This document shows positions 55,639 to 64,000 of a DNA stretch of 64,000 nucleotides, piece by piece. Position 1 is the stretch's first letter. Every line of letters starts with the position of its first letter. The notes under the pieces were generated by a model. It searched no databases. It worked only from the letters and a program-made list of their open reading frames with translations, and was not told the DNA's origin. The position numbers and the translations under genes are program-made. Source of the stretch: Gammaproteobacteria bacterium (GTDB lineage: Bacteria > Pseudomonadota > Gammaproteobacteria > SURF-13); assembly GCA_003599485.1 (NCBI GenBank), contig QZKM01000018.1, positions 278 through 64,277 on the forward strand. Reading direction: 5' to 3'.

Positions 55639-56985
55639 TTATCCCTCTCCAAACAAATCGCCGTACAGGGCCTTGGCCCAATCCAGTGTCGCCGCGCCTT
55701 TGGCGGCGTCGCGCTTTTCATCCGTGCCGGTGCTTTCCTTGGCGGGGCTGAAGGCCTTGGCGGTGGTGTCGTAGCTGAAGCTCACCCACATGCTGATCGC
55801 CTCCTGCGGGGCGGTGTTCACCATGGAATAACACAGGCTGGCGGGGCTGGTCCAATCAATCGTCTTGCCCGCCGCGTGCGCGGCAATGACCTTGGCTACG
55901 TATTTTCCTTCGCTGTTGGCGAGGTGCGCGCTCTTGGGGAAGCCCATCGGACGGCTGTCGCCGGTCACGTACACGCGCGAATCGCCCGGCACGTGATATT
56001 TCCGCACGTCTATGCGCGCCTCTTTTTGCGGACTCTTGGCGTCAACCAGGCCCGCCACTTCGATCAATTTCGAGGCGCGCACGCCGGGATAGATCGCGGC
56101 CTCGTCAAAATCATACGAGTCAAACTCGGTGCGGATGGTTTTTGCGTCCGCGTCCACGCCGGTGATGTTCACCGACGGAACGTATTCGACGTAGTCCTTG
56201 TACAGCTCGTTAAACGCGGCGTGGAAGCCGTCCTTTTTCACCGCGATGTCGGGGTTGTTGTCCAGCACCAGCACCTTGCCCTTGATTTTGTGCTTCTTGA
56301 AGTAAGACGCAATCATGCAGGTGCGCTCATATGGCGCGGGCTTGCAGCGGAAGTTGCCGCCGGGGACGGTTTGTATGAAAACCCCGCCCTTGAAGTTTTC
56401 AATCTTGCGCTTGATGGAAACATGCTCCGCGCCCGTCATCCAGCCAGCGGGATATCCGGTGCGCAAACGGTATTCGGTGTCCGGGTCGTTCACGCCGATA
56501 CGCGCGTAGTCGTAATCTATGCCGGGCGCGAGCACCAGATAGTCGTAGGCGATTTCGCCCTGATCGGTGTGCACCTTGCGCCCGGCGCGGTCCACGCCGG
56601 TGCAGGTGGCGTTGAAAAAGACGTAGCCGCCGCGCTTCGCGGCGTCCAGGAAGCTGTGCCCGGCGAGAAATTCCAGGTCAATGACATCGGCATACCACAG
56701 ATTGCTGGAAAAACACGAGCTGTACATGGCGCGCTTTTCCACCAGCACCACGTCAAAACCCGGATTTTCAATCTTGAGATATTTGGCGATGGTAAGGCCG
56801 GACGTGCCTCCGCCCACCACCACCACGCGCGGGCCCCTGGCCTTGGGCAGATAGGCCTTCTTCCCCGTGCTGACGCCCTTGGGCGCGGCCTGCGCCAGAC
56901 CGGGCAGTCCGCCCGACGCGCCCGCGGCCAACGCGGCGCCGGAAAGTTTGATAAAACCACGCCGGGACAATTTGTTTTTGCTCAT
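55639..56985 (-). CDS. fccB: Sulfide dehydrogenase (flavocytochrome c) flavoprotein subunit FccB/SoxF-like, Tat-exported
   Basis: Twin-arginine motif SRRGFIKLSGAALAAG. FAD-binding VVVVGGGTSG. FccB-type pyridine nucleotide-disulfide oxidoreductase. Confidence 0.85.
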   Translation of the reverse strand: MSKNKLSRRGFIKLSGAALAAGASGGLPGLAQAAPKGVSTGKKAYLPKARGPRVVVVGGGTSGLTIAKYLKIENPGFDVVLVEKRAMYSSCFSSNLWYADVIDLEFLAGHSFLDAAKRGGYVFFNATCTGVDRAGRKVHTDQGEIAYDYLVLAPGIDYDYARIGVNDPDTEYRLRTGYPAGWMTGAEHVSIKRKIENFKGGVFIQTVPGGNFRCKPAPYERTCMIASYFKKHKIKGKVLVLDNNPDIAVKKDGFHAAFNELYKDYVEYVPSVNITGVDADAKTIRTEFDSYDFDEAAIYPGVRASKLIEVAGLVDAKSPQKEARIDVRKYHVPGDSRVYVTGDSRPMGFPKSAHLANSEGKYVAKVIAAHAAGKTIDWTSPASLCYSMVNTAPQEAISMWVSFSYDTTAKAFSPAKESTGTDEKRDAAKGAATLDWAKALYGDLFGEG

Positions 56986-57056
56986 CAGGCAACTCCCTCA
57001 ATCAAGGCGGTGGAGAAAGATGAAATGGTAAGTGCAAGCCGTCCGTTAATCAATCA

Positions 57057-57704
57057 TTATTGCACGCGTGCGGGACAGATTTCACCCAGGCAGCATAACG
57101 CGCAGCGTGGACGCGGGCGGCAGATTTCCTTGGCGTGGCGCACGATGAGCGCGTGAAACTCGTTGAATAACCTGATTTTTCCCTTGCCGCGCCAGCCTTT
57201 TTCAAACAGGGCGCGCAGCGTTTCATAATCCTCGTCGCCGCGCACGTGACCCAGGCGGCTGTGCAGGCGGCGGGTGTAGGCGTCTATCACAAACACCGGG
57301 CGTTCGAAGGCGTACAGCAGAATGTCGTCCGCGGTCTCCGGCCCGATGCCGTTCACCGCCAGCAGCCGCCTGCGCAACACCGGCGTGGCGAGCCGCGCCA
57401 GCGCCTCGTGCCCGCCTTGCGCGAGATACCAGGCGCAGAAATTGCGCAGGCGTTTGGCCTTGATGTTGAAATAGCCGGAGGGCTGGAGCAGGCGCGCGAG
57501 GCGCGCGTGCGGCAGGCGCGTGATGACCTTCGGATCAAGCGCTTGGGCCCGTTTGAGATTGGCGATGGCCTTTTCGACGTTGCTCCACGCGGTGTTCTGC
57601 GTGAGCACCGCGCCCGCCATGACTTCAAACGCCGTCTCGCCCGGCCACCAGTGTTGCGGGCCATAGTGGCGGTAAAGCGTGCGGTATACCTTGGTGAAGC
57701 TCAC
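57057..57704 (-). CDS. Endonuclease III-related HhH-GPD protein with C-terminal 4Fe-4S cluster loop
   Basis: HhH-GPD motif (LLAVNGIGPETADDILL) and the cysteine cluster CRPRPRCALCCLGEIC. Confidence 0.75.
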   Translation of the reverse strand: MSFTKVYRTLYRHYGPQHWWPGETAFEVMAGAVLTQNTAWSNVEKAIANLKRAQALDPKVITRLPHARLARLLQPSGYFNIKAKRLRNFCAWYLAQGGHEALARLATPVLRRRLLAVNGIGPETADDILLYAFERPVFVIDAYTRRLHSRLGHVRGDEDYETLRALFEKGWRGKGKIRLFNEFHALIVRHAKEICRPRPRCALCCLGEICPARVQ

Positions 57705-57714
57705 ACCTTGAAGA

Positions 57715-58527
57715 TCAATGTCTGCGCGTCGTCCGGCGCGGCTTGCGTGGTGCCAATGAAGGTTTTACGTTGCGCCGGGCAACGGGCTCAGGTTGCAGAC
57801 CCACGCTTTGCAGCAGCGGCGCGAGTTGCTCCTCATCCAGTTCCTTATGCTGCCCGCGGTGCAGCCCGCGCGGCAGCGTGATGGGGCCAAAGCGCACGCG
57901 CGTCAGGCGGCTCACCTTCACGCCCTGCGATTCCCACAGACGCCGCACCTCGCGCTTGCGTCCTTCCCTGAGCGTGACGTGGTACCAGCGGTTGGCGCCC
58001 TCGCCGCCTGCGTCCACGATGCTGTCGAAATGCGCCGGGCCGTCATCCAGCGTCACGCCCTGCTTGAGCCTGCGCAGCATGGCCTGGTCCACCTGGCCCA
58101 GCACGCGCACCGCGTATTCGCGCTCCAGCTCATGCGAAGGGTGCATGAGGCGGTTGGCGAGTTCGCCGTCGGTGGTGAACAGCAGCAGGCCGGAGGAATT
58201 GATGTCGAGGCGGCCGACCATGATCCAGCGCCCCTTGCGCAGCGGCGGCAGTTTGTCGAACACCGTGGCGCGCTGCTCCGGATCGGAGCGCGTGCACATC
58301 TCTCCTTCCGGCTTGTAATACATCAGCACGCGCCGCTTGACTCCGCTCAGGCGGTGCGCCTGCACCGGCACGTCGTCGAGGGTGATGGCGTCATCGGGGC
58401 CCGCCGTGTCACCCAGCCTGGCCGCTACGCCGTTGAGCTTGACTCGCCCCGCCTTGATCCAGTCTTCGATCTCGCGCCGCGAGCCGTAACCGGCGTGCGC
58501 CAAGAGTTTTTGCAGTCGTTCAGACAT
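57715..58527 (-). CDS. rluB: 23S rRNA pseudouridine synthase RluB
   Basis: S4 domain and RsuA/RluB catalytic motif (GRLDINSSGLLLFT) with a basic C-terminal tail. Confidence 0.88.
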   Translation of the reverse strand: MSERLQKLLAHAGYGSRREIEDWIKAGRVKLNGVAARLGDTAGPDDAITLDDVPVQAHRLSGVKRRVLMYYKPEGEMCTRSDPEQRATVFDKLPPLRKGRWIMVGRLDINSSGLLLFTTDGELANRLMHPSHELEREYAVRVLGQVDQAMLRRLKQGVTLDDGPAHFDSIVDAGGEGANRWYHVTLREGRKREVRRLWESQGVKVSRLTRVRFGPITLPRGLHRGQHKELDEEQLAPLLQSVGLQPEPVARRNVKPSLAPRKPRRTTRRH

Positions 58528-58550
58528 GAGCAGGCAAACCGCGCCAAGAC

Positions 58551-59189
58551 TTAATCTACGTTGCCTGAATCTATGCTGGCAGAATCCGCATCGGCGGCCG
58601 CTTCAACCTGCTGCGCGGGCAACATCTCCGCCAAATCCAGTTCCGGGTGCGCGGCGTCCTGCGCCGGAAGCTCGGCCAGCGCAGGCAACTCTTCCAGGCC
58701 GCGCAGATTGAAGTAATCCAGAAACTCGCGCGTGGTCGCGTACAGCGCGGGCCTCCCCGGCACTTCGCGGTGACCCACGATGTGTATCCATTCGCGCTCC
58801 TGCAAGGTCTTCATGATGCTGGAGGCGATGGTCACGCCGCGGATCTCCTCGATCTCGGCGCGCGTGATGGGTTGCCGGTAGGCGATCAGGGCCAGCGTCT
58901 CCAGCAGGGCGCGCGAGTAGCGTGGCGCGCGCTCCTCCCACAGCCTCGCCACCCAGGGCGCGAATTCCTGCCTGACCTGGATGCGCCAGCCGCTGGCCAC
59001 CTCGCGCAATTCCAGGCTGCGCGAGGTATAGTCGTCGCGCAGTTGCTGCAGCGCCTCGCGCAATTGTCCGCGCGCGGGCCGCTCCGTCTCGTTGAACAAA
59101 CCGGACAGGCGTTCTTCGCTCAACGGTTCGCCTGCCGCGAGCAGCGCGGCCTCCAGAATGTTCTTTATCGCCGTCGTGTCCATGGTCAT
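58551..59189 (-). CDS. scpB: Segregation and condensation protein B
   Basis: ScpB winged-helix repeats. Confidence 0.88.
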   Translation of the reverse strand: MTMDTTAIKNILEAALLAAGEPLSEERLSGLFNETERPARGQLREALQQLRDDYTSRSLELREVASGWRIQVRQEFAPWVARLWEERAPRYSRALLETLALIAYRQPITRAEIEEIRGVTIASSIMKTLQEREWIHIVGHREVPGRPALYATTREFLDYFNLRGLEELPALAELPAQDAAHPELDLAEMLPAQQVEAAADADSASIDSGNVD

Positions 59190-59992
59190 GTGTCCGCGCT
59201 CGCGCTTCTGACGTGAATCACGCCATACAAATCATGCTGCACCAATTCAATCAGCGATTCCTTGATGAGTTCCAGCAACGCCAGAAACGTCACCACCACG
59301 CCACGCCGCCCTTCCTCGTGCGGGAACAGCGCCCCGAACTCGGTAAAGTGATCGGCGCGGATGCGGCTCAGAATCTGGCTCATGCGTTCGCGCACCGAGA
59401 GCGGGTCACGCTGAATGTGATGGTGGGTGTACATCGCGGCGCGCGCAAGCGCGTCGTTGAACGCGCGCAGCAATTCATCCAGCGTCACCGCGGGCGGTGG
59501 CCGCGTCACCGACTTGAAGCGCGCCTCGGCCAGGGCCTGAAACACGTCGCGACCCAATTGCGGCAGTGCGTCGAATTTTTCTGCGGCCTGTTTAAAGCGC
59601 TCGTACTCCAGCAGGCGCCGCACCAGTTCGGCGCGCGGGTCCTGCTCTTCTCCCGCCTCGACCGGGCGCGGCAACAGCATGCGCGACTTGATCTCGGCCA
59701 GCATCGCGGCCATCAACAGGTATTCCGCGGCCAGTTCCAGGCGTAGCTCGATCATCAGGCCGATATACTCAATGTATTGTTGCGTGACACGGGCGATGGG
59801 GATGTCCAGGATGTCCAGGTTCTCGCGCTTGATGAGATAGAGCAGCAAATCGAGCGGGCCCTGAAAGGTTTCCAGAAAAACCTCCAGCGCATCGGGCGGG
59901 ATGTACAGGTCGTGCGGCAGCTCGGTCACCGGCTCGCCTCTCACCTTGGCGATGGGCGTCTGCGCCGCCGCGTCTGTCAGCATATCGTTCAT
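59186..59992 (-). CDS. scpA: Segregation and condensation protein A (start at the Met of MNDMLTD; ORF extension to 60280 overlaps trpS)
   Basis: ScpA family sequence. Overlaps the scpB start. Confidence 0.85.
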   Translation of the reverse strand: MNDMLTDAAAQTPIAKVRGEPVTELPHDLYIPPDALEVFLETFQGPLDLLLYLIKRENLDILDIPIARVTQQYIEYIGLMIELRLELAAEYLLMAAMLAEIKSRMLLPRPVEAGEEQDPRAELVRRLLEYERFKQAAEKFDALPQLGRDVFQALAEARFKSVTRPPPAVTLDELLRAFNDALARAAMYTHHHIQRDPLSVRERMSQILSRIRADHFTEFGALFPHEEGRRGVVVTFLALLELIKESLIELVQHDLYGVIHVRSASADT

Positions 59993-59997
59993 TGCGT

Positions 59998-61215
59998 TCA
60001 GCGGTAGGCGAGACCCATGGCCTCGCGCACCTCTTCCATGGTCACGCACGCCACGTCGCGCGCCGCCTCGCAGCCCTCGGCGATGATGTTGCGCACCAGC
60101 GCGGGATTGTTTTCGAATTCCAGCGCGCGTTCGCGGATCGGGGCCAGTTCTGCCAGCACCGCGTCTATCAGCGGCTGCTTGCATTCCAGGCAGCCGATTC
60201 CGGCGCTGCGGCAGCCCTTCTGCGCCCAGTCCTGGGTCTCCGCTGTGGAGTAAATTTTGTGCAGCGGCCACACCGGGCATTTTTCCGGCTCGCCCGGATC
60301 GGTGCGGCGCACCCGCGCCGGGTCGGTGGGCATGGCGCGCAGTTTCGCCTGCACCGATTGCGGCGCCTCGCGCAGCGCGATGGTGTTGTCGTAGGACTTG
60401 GACATCTTCTGCCCGTCCAGACCGGGAAACTTGGAGGCCGGGGTGAGCAGCGCCTGCGGCTCCGGCAGGATGATGATGCCGCCGCCTTCCAGATAGCCGA
60501 TCAGGCGCTCGCGGTCGCTCAGGGTCATGTTCTGCCGCGCCTCGACCAGCGCGCGCGCGGTTTGCAGCGCTTCGTCATCGCCCTGCTCCTGATAACGCTT
60601 GCGCAGTTCCTTATAGAGCCTGGCGTTTTTCGCGCCCATCTTTTTGATCGCCGCCTCGGCCTTTTCCTCAAAACCGGGTTCGCGTCCGTAGATATGATTA
60701 AAACGCCGCGCCACCTCGCGCGTCAACTCCACGTGCGCCACCTGGTCTTCGCCCACCGGCACCAGGCTCGCTTTATAGATCAGGATATCCGCGCTTTGCA
60801 ATAATGGATAACCGAGAAAGCCGAAGGTGGCGAGGTCTTTCTCCTTGAGTTTTTCCTGCTGATCCTTGTAGCTCGGCACGCGCTCCAGCCAGCCGAGCGG
60901 AGTAATCATGGACAGCAGCACGTGCAGCTCCGCGTGCTCCGGCACGCGCGACTGGATGAACAGCTTGGCCACGCCGGGGTTGATGTCGGCGGCCAGCCAG
61001 TCTATCACCATGTCCCACACGTGCTCGCCGATAATGCCCGGCTCGTCGTAGTGCGTGGTGAGCGCGTGCCAGTCGGCGACGAAGAAGAAACACTCATACT
61101 CGTGCTGCAGGCGCACCCAGTTTTTCAGTACCCCGTGGTAGTGGCCGAGGTGCAGCCTGCCGGTGGGGCGCATGCCGGAGAGCACGCGCGCGTGCCTGTC
61201 GGGAATGGAATTCAC
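59998..61215 (-). CDS. trpS: Tryptophan--tRNA ligase
   Basis: HIGH motif (RLHLGHYHG) and KMSKS motif present. Confidence 0.95.
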   Translation of the reverse strand: MNSIPDRHARVLSGMRPTGRLHLGHYHGVLKNWVRLQHEYECFFFVADWHALTTHYDEPGIIGEHVWDMVIDWLAADINPGVAKLFIQSRVPEHAELHVLLSMITPLGWLERVPSYKDQQEKLKEKDLATFGFLGYPLLQSADILIYKASLVPVGEDQVAHVELTREVARRFNHIYGREPGFEEKAEAAIKKMGAKNARLYKELRKRYQEQGDDEALQTARALVEARQNMTLSDRERLIGYLEGGGIIILPEPQALLTPASKFPGLDGQKMSKSYDNTIALREAPQSVQAKLRAMPTDPARVRRTDPGEPEKCPVWPLHKIYSTAETQDWAQKGCRSAGIGCLECKQPLIDAVLAELAPIRERALEFENNPALVRNIIAEGCEAARDVACVTMEEVREAMGLAYR

Positions 61216-61216
61216 T

Positions 61217-61876
61217 TTACCCCCTTAATCCCACAATGAAATACAACAGCGATTGCAGTCCGTCTATCACCGGCCCCAATATACTCCCCAGCACGCCGCT
61301 CATCAGCAGCAGCAACAGCACCAGCAATCCGTAAGGCTCAATACGATTCAACTGCCACGACCAGGGGCCGGGCAACAGACCGGACACTACGCGGCCGCCG
61401 TCCAGCGGCGGCAGCGGCAGCAGGTTCAGCACCATCAGCACCAGATTGATCACAATGCCGGCTTGGCCGGCGTAAAACAGATAGGCGCCAAGCCATGGCA
61501 ACTCATGGTTGACGCCGATGCCGATGCGCAACATGATCACCCAGAGCAGCGCCATGAGCAGATTCGACAGCGGCCCCGCGGCGGCGACCAGCGCCATGTC
61601 GCGTTTCGGGTGCTTGAGATTCTCCCAGGTCACCGGCACCGGCTTGGCCCAGCCGAAGATGAACGGACTGAACAGCAGCATCAGCAACGGCAGCAGCACG
61701 GTGCCTATCGGGTCTATGTGCTTGAGGGGATTGAGGGTGAGGCGGCCAAGCATCATCGCCGTCGGATCGCCGAGCCTGCGCGCCACCCAGCCGTGCGCCA
61801 CTTCATGAACCGTTATCGCAAACAGCACCGGCAGCGCCCACACGGCGATGCGCTGCAGCGTACTCATTTCATCCAT
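61217..61876 (-). CDS. Site-2 protease family (peptidase M50) zinc metalloprotease
   Basis: HEVAHG zinc-binding motif within multiple TM helices. Confidence 0.8.
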   Translation of the reverse strand: MDEMSTLQRIAVWALPVLFAITVHEVAHGWVARRLGDPTAMMLGRLTLNPLKHIDPIGTVLLPLLMLLFSPFIFGWAKPVPVTWENLKHPKRDMALVAAAGPLSNLLMALLWVIMLRIGIGVNHELPWLGAYLFYAGQAGIVINLVLMVLNLLPLPPLDGGRVVSGLLPGPWSWQLNRIEPYGLLVLLLLLMSGVLGSILGPVIDGLQSLLYFIVGLRG

Positions 61877-62610
61877 CAAACCATTATATCCAGATTCGAT
61901 ACAAAATTAAATATTTTATTTTCTCCAATTTTTTCTAATCTTATACTTCCCAAAAGAAGATATGCATTGATAGCATCATCTACAAATAGATAATCCCTGA
62001 TTACATTTCCTCCCCACATTGTTGGTCTTTTACCCGACAAGACTGATTGTATTGTTTTTGGAATAAGCCGGTTAAAGTTTAAATCTCCCGGTCCATAAAT
62101 ATTTACAAATCTAGGTATAAGGACTGGTAAATTAAAAGTTGTAACATAACTTTGAGCTATTAAATCTGCACAAGATTTTGATGTTTCATAGGGTCTGGAT
62201 GGTCTTGGAGTGTACCCTTCAAAATATGGAACTTTATTTTTCCCATATACGTGAGATGTGGAAGATATAATAACTCTTTCAAGATTATTTTTTCTTGCAC
62301 TCTCTAAAATATTTAGTGCTCCTTCTATGTTTACTTTATATGTCTTGTAAGGATTGCTTTGACCAGTTTCCACCAGCGACTCTCCTGCAAGATGGAAACA
62401 TATTTCTATCTTTGATTTTTTTATAAACTCATCAACTTTGCGGAAATCTAAAATATCAGCTTTTAATACTTTATCTTTATTCTTAACCGACTTTGATATA
62501 CCATAAACATCTGATCCAAGAGTTTTGAGTTTTTTAGCAAGATTACTGCCAACAAAACCATTTATACCTGTTATCAGTACCCTTTTACTTTTAAAAATTT
62601 GTGTTTGCAT
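61876..62610 (-). CDS. NAD-dependent epimerase/dehydratase (extended SDR), low-GC, probably C-terminally truncated
   Basis: Cofactor motif GINGFVGSN and catalytic YETSK. Only 244 aa versus ~310 typical. GC about 30%. Confidence 0.7.
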   Translation of the reverse strand: MQTQIFKSKRVLITGINGFVGSNLAKKLKTLGSDVYGISKSVKNKDKVLKADILDFRKVDEFIKKSKIEICFHLAGESLVETGQSNPYKTYKVNIEGALNILESARKNNLERVIISSTSHVYGKNKVPYFEGYTPRPSRPYETSKSCADLIAQSYVTTFNLPVLIPRFVNIYGPGDLNFNRLIPKTIQSVLSGKRPTMWGGNVIRDYLFVDDAINAYLLLGSIRLEKIGENKIFNFVSNLDIMV

Positions 62611-62619
62611 AATTTTATT

Positions 62620-63456
62620 TTATTTTTTAACTAGAACTCCTAATACACCCGCCATCACTTCTCCACTTCTTAAAATTATAACTCCTAAAGTCACCAAAGG
62701 TCTTCTAGTAAATAGTTGCCAATGTTTAAAATATGCTTTTTTTATTGGAAAAAATTGTGAAGCCGCAACTTGCGGCCTTCTCTTTAAATATTCTCTGAAA
62801 GCCCTACTGTAATAAAATTTCTTTTTTACTCTTTGTAAGAGCTTTGTTTCTCCTTCGTCATGATATATAAAGTTGGTAATTTTCCCAATTTTTCCTTTTT
62901 CTGCCATTCTATAATGAAAGTCTGAATCTTCTATACCCACAACTGCTTCATCATAACCACCTATCAGCACTGCATCTTTCTTTCTAAAAAATCTGCAGCA
63001 CTCATTAAGCCCGCTTTCTAAATAAGTAGAAACATATCTTTCCAATGCCACACACTCTGTCCAAAAACCTTTCCCAATAGAAATTTCGGGTATTGTAAGA
63101 GCTATGTTTTGTCCTTTTGTTAATACGCTTGAACATTCTTCAATAACTTTTGGTGTTAAGTACATATCCTGATCCATAACTAGAATATATTCACCTCTTG
63201 CTTCTTTTATCCCTCTATTTCTTTGTATGCTTCTTTCAGGTCCATCTTTAAAAAACCGGGCATATTCTTTTATAATATTCTCACACTTTCTCTGTTCTTC
63301 TTTACCATAATAAGGACTATCAACCACAACAATTTCTACATTTGGATATGTTTGATCCTTGATAGATAGCAAACATTTTTCTATTGTTCTTGAACTGTCG
63401 TATGTCGCAAGAACAACTGTAACTAAAGGTAATTTTTCCATTTTTTTATTTATCAT
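62620..63456 (-). CDS. Family 2 glycosyltransferase
   Basis: GT2 N-terminus (VTVVLATYDS) and a DxD-like motif (MDQD). Low GC. Confidence 0.8.
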   Translation of the reverse strand: MINKKMEKLPLVTVVLATYDSSRTIEKCLLSIKDQTYPNVEIVVVDSPYYGKEEQRKCENIIKEYARFFKDGPERSIQRNRGIKEARGEYILVMDQDMYLTPKVIEECSSVLTKGQNIALTIPEISIGKGFWTECVALERYVSTYLESGLNECCRFFRKKDAVLIGGYDEAVVGIEDSDFHYRMAEKGKIGKITNFIYHDEGETKLLQRVKKKFYYSRAFREYLKRRPQVAASQFFPIKKAYFKHWQLFTRRPLVTLGVIILRSGEVMAGVLGVLVKK

Positions 63457-64000
63457 ACTGTTCTTTTATTACATTCCATATTTTCTCTCCTGCTTTCTGC
63501 CATTCAAATTGCCTAGACCAAATAATAGCCTGCTTGGACAGCTTATTATACATTGGCTTATCTTCTATCAAAAGAGCAGTTGCCTTTGCAAGATCATCAC
63601 AACAGTTTTTATTTGTCAACAAACCGGTTTTATTGTTTTGGATTGAATCTCTAAGCCCCGGAACATTGTAGCCCACTGCTGGCGTCCCAACTGAATTTGA
63701 TTCAATCACATTTATTCCCCATCCCTCTGTTTTTGAAGGATGGACTAAAACCCAAGCCCTAGAAAGCAATTTAAACTTCTGCTTTTCTGAAACATAATCA
63801 TAGAATACTACTTTATCTGTTAAATTAAATTCATTTATTAATTTTTTTAAGCTTTTAACATAGTTTTTTTCTCCTTTTCCAATTATCCACAGTTGAATAT
63901 CTAGAATATGTTTTAATTTCTCCAGAACATAAACAACATCCTCTATGCCTTTTGATTTTGCCACTCTTCCTAGGAAAATCAGAGTTGGTTTTTTAATTTT
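63446..64000 (-). CDS. Family 4 (GT-B) glycosyltransferase, C-terminal domain; N-terminus outside window
   Basis: EX7E-like GT4 C-terminal domain (PSKTEGWGINVIESNSVGTPAV). Low GC. The ORF runs to the window edge. Confidence 0.7.
   Translation of the reverse strand, partial: KIKKPTLIFLGRVAKSKGIEDVVYVLEKLKHILDIQLWIIGKGEKNYVKSLKKLINEFNLTDKVVFYDYVSEKQKFKLLSRAWVLVHPSKTEGWGINVIESNSVGTPAVGYNVPGLRDSIQNNKTGLLTNKNCCDDLAKATALLIEDKPMYNKLSKQAIIWSRQFEWQKAGEKIWNVIKEQYDK

Noticed and set aside
55876-57156. 426-aa plus-strand ORF antisense to fccB
   Set aside because: Shadow ORF. The minus frame carries a Tat signal plus an FAD-binding flavoprotein.

Overview
This window is mostly high-GC (~63-65%) chromosomal core DNA. 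The gene set and synteny fit a sulfur-oxidising beta- or gammaproteobacterium. Read left to right, it contains: dapB (partial), then the heat-shock block dnaJ-dnaK-grpE-hrcA on the minus strand; nadK and recN; a murein-remodelling pair (LysM L,D-transpeptidase plus MepK/YcbK-like DUF882 endopeptidase); fur divergent from bamE; the ratB/ratA toxin-antitoxin pair followed by smpB and tmRNA (ssrA, tag ANDDNYALAA); a five-gene assimilatory nitrate/nitrite operon (nirB-nirD-nasA-NarK-family transporter) ending in an unusual fused PP2C-phosphatase/Ser-Thr-kinase membrane protein; mobA-moeA; a Lys/Arg/Ala-rich histone-H1-like protein; hemH, galU, WbpM-like and WbpL-like polysaccharide genes; pyrF, lapB, lapA, ihfB, rpsA, cmk; the aromatic/serine cluster aroA-tyrA-hisC-pheA-serA-serC; gyrA; mtnA; an OmpA-family protein; mtaD; a GAF-GGDEF-EAL protein; ubiG-gph-rmuC; a squalene/phytoene-synthase-family protein; and a DUF2235 (Tle1-like) hydrolase. 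A ~2 kb lower-GC accessory islet follows (a frameshifted nuclease-like remnant, a GNAT acetyltransferase, and a HigB/HigA-type toxin-antitoxin pair with an operator palindrome). After it come an FccB-type sulfide dehydrogenase flavoprotein with a 27-codon single-TM ORF and a small membrane protein instead of a cytochrome partner, then an EndoIII-like gene, rluB, scpB-scpA, trpS and a site-2 protease. The window ends in a ~30%-GC glycan-biosynthesis island (epimerase, GT2, partial GT4) that begins with a 1-nt stop/start overlap. No rRNA, tRNA, CRISPR array, IS element or integrase was seen. Many long ORFs in the track are antisense shadow frames typical of high-GC DNA and were not called as genes. 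Coordinates I derived by hand may be off by 1-2 nt.
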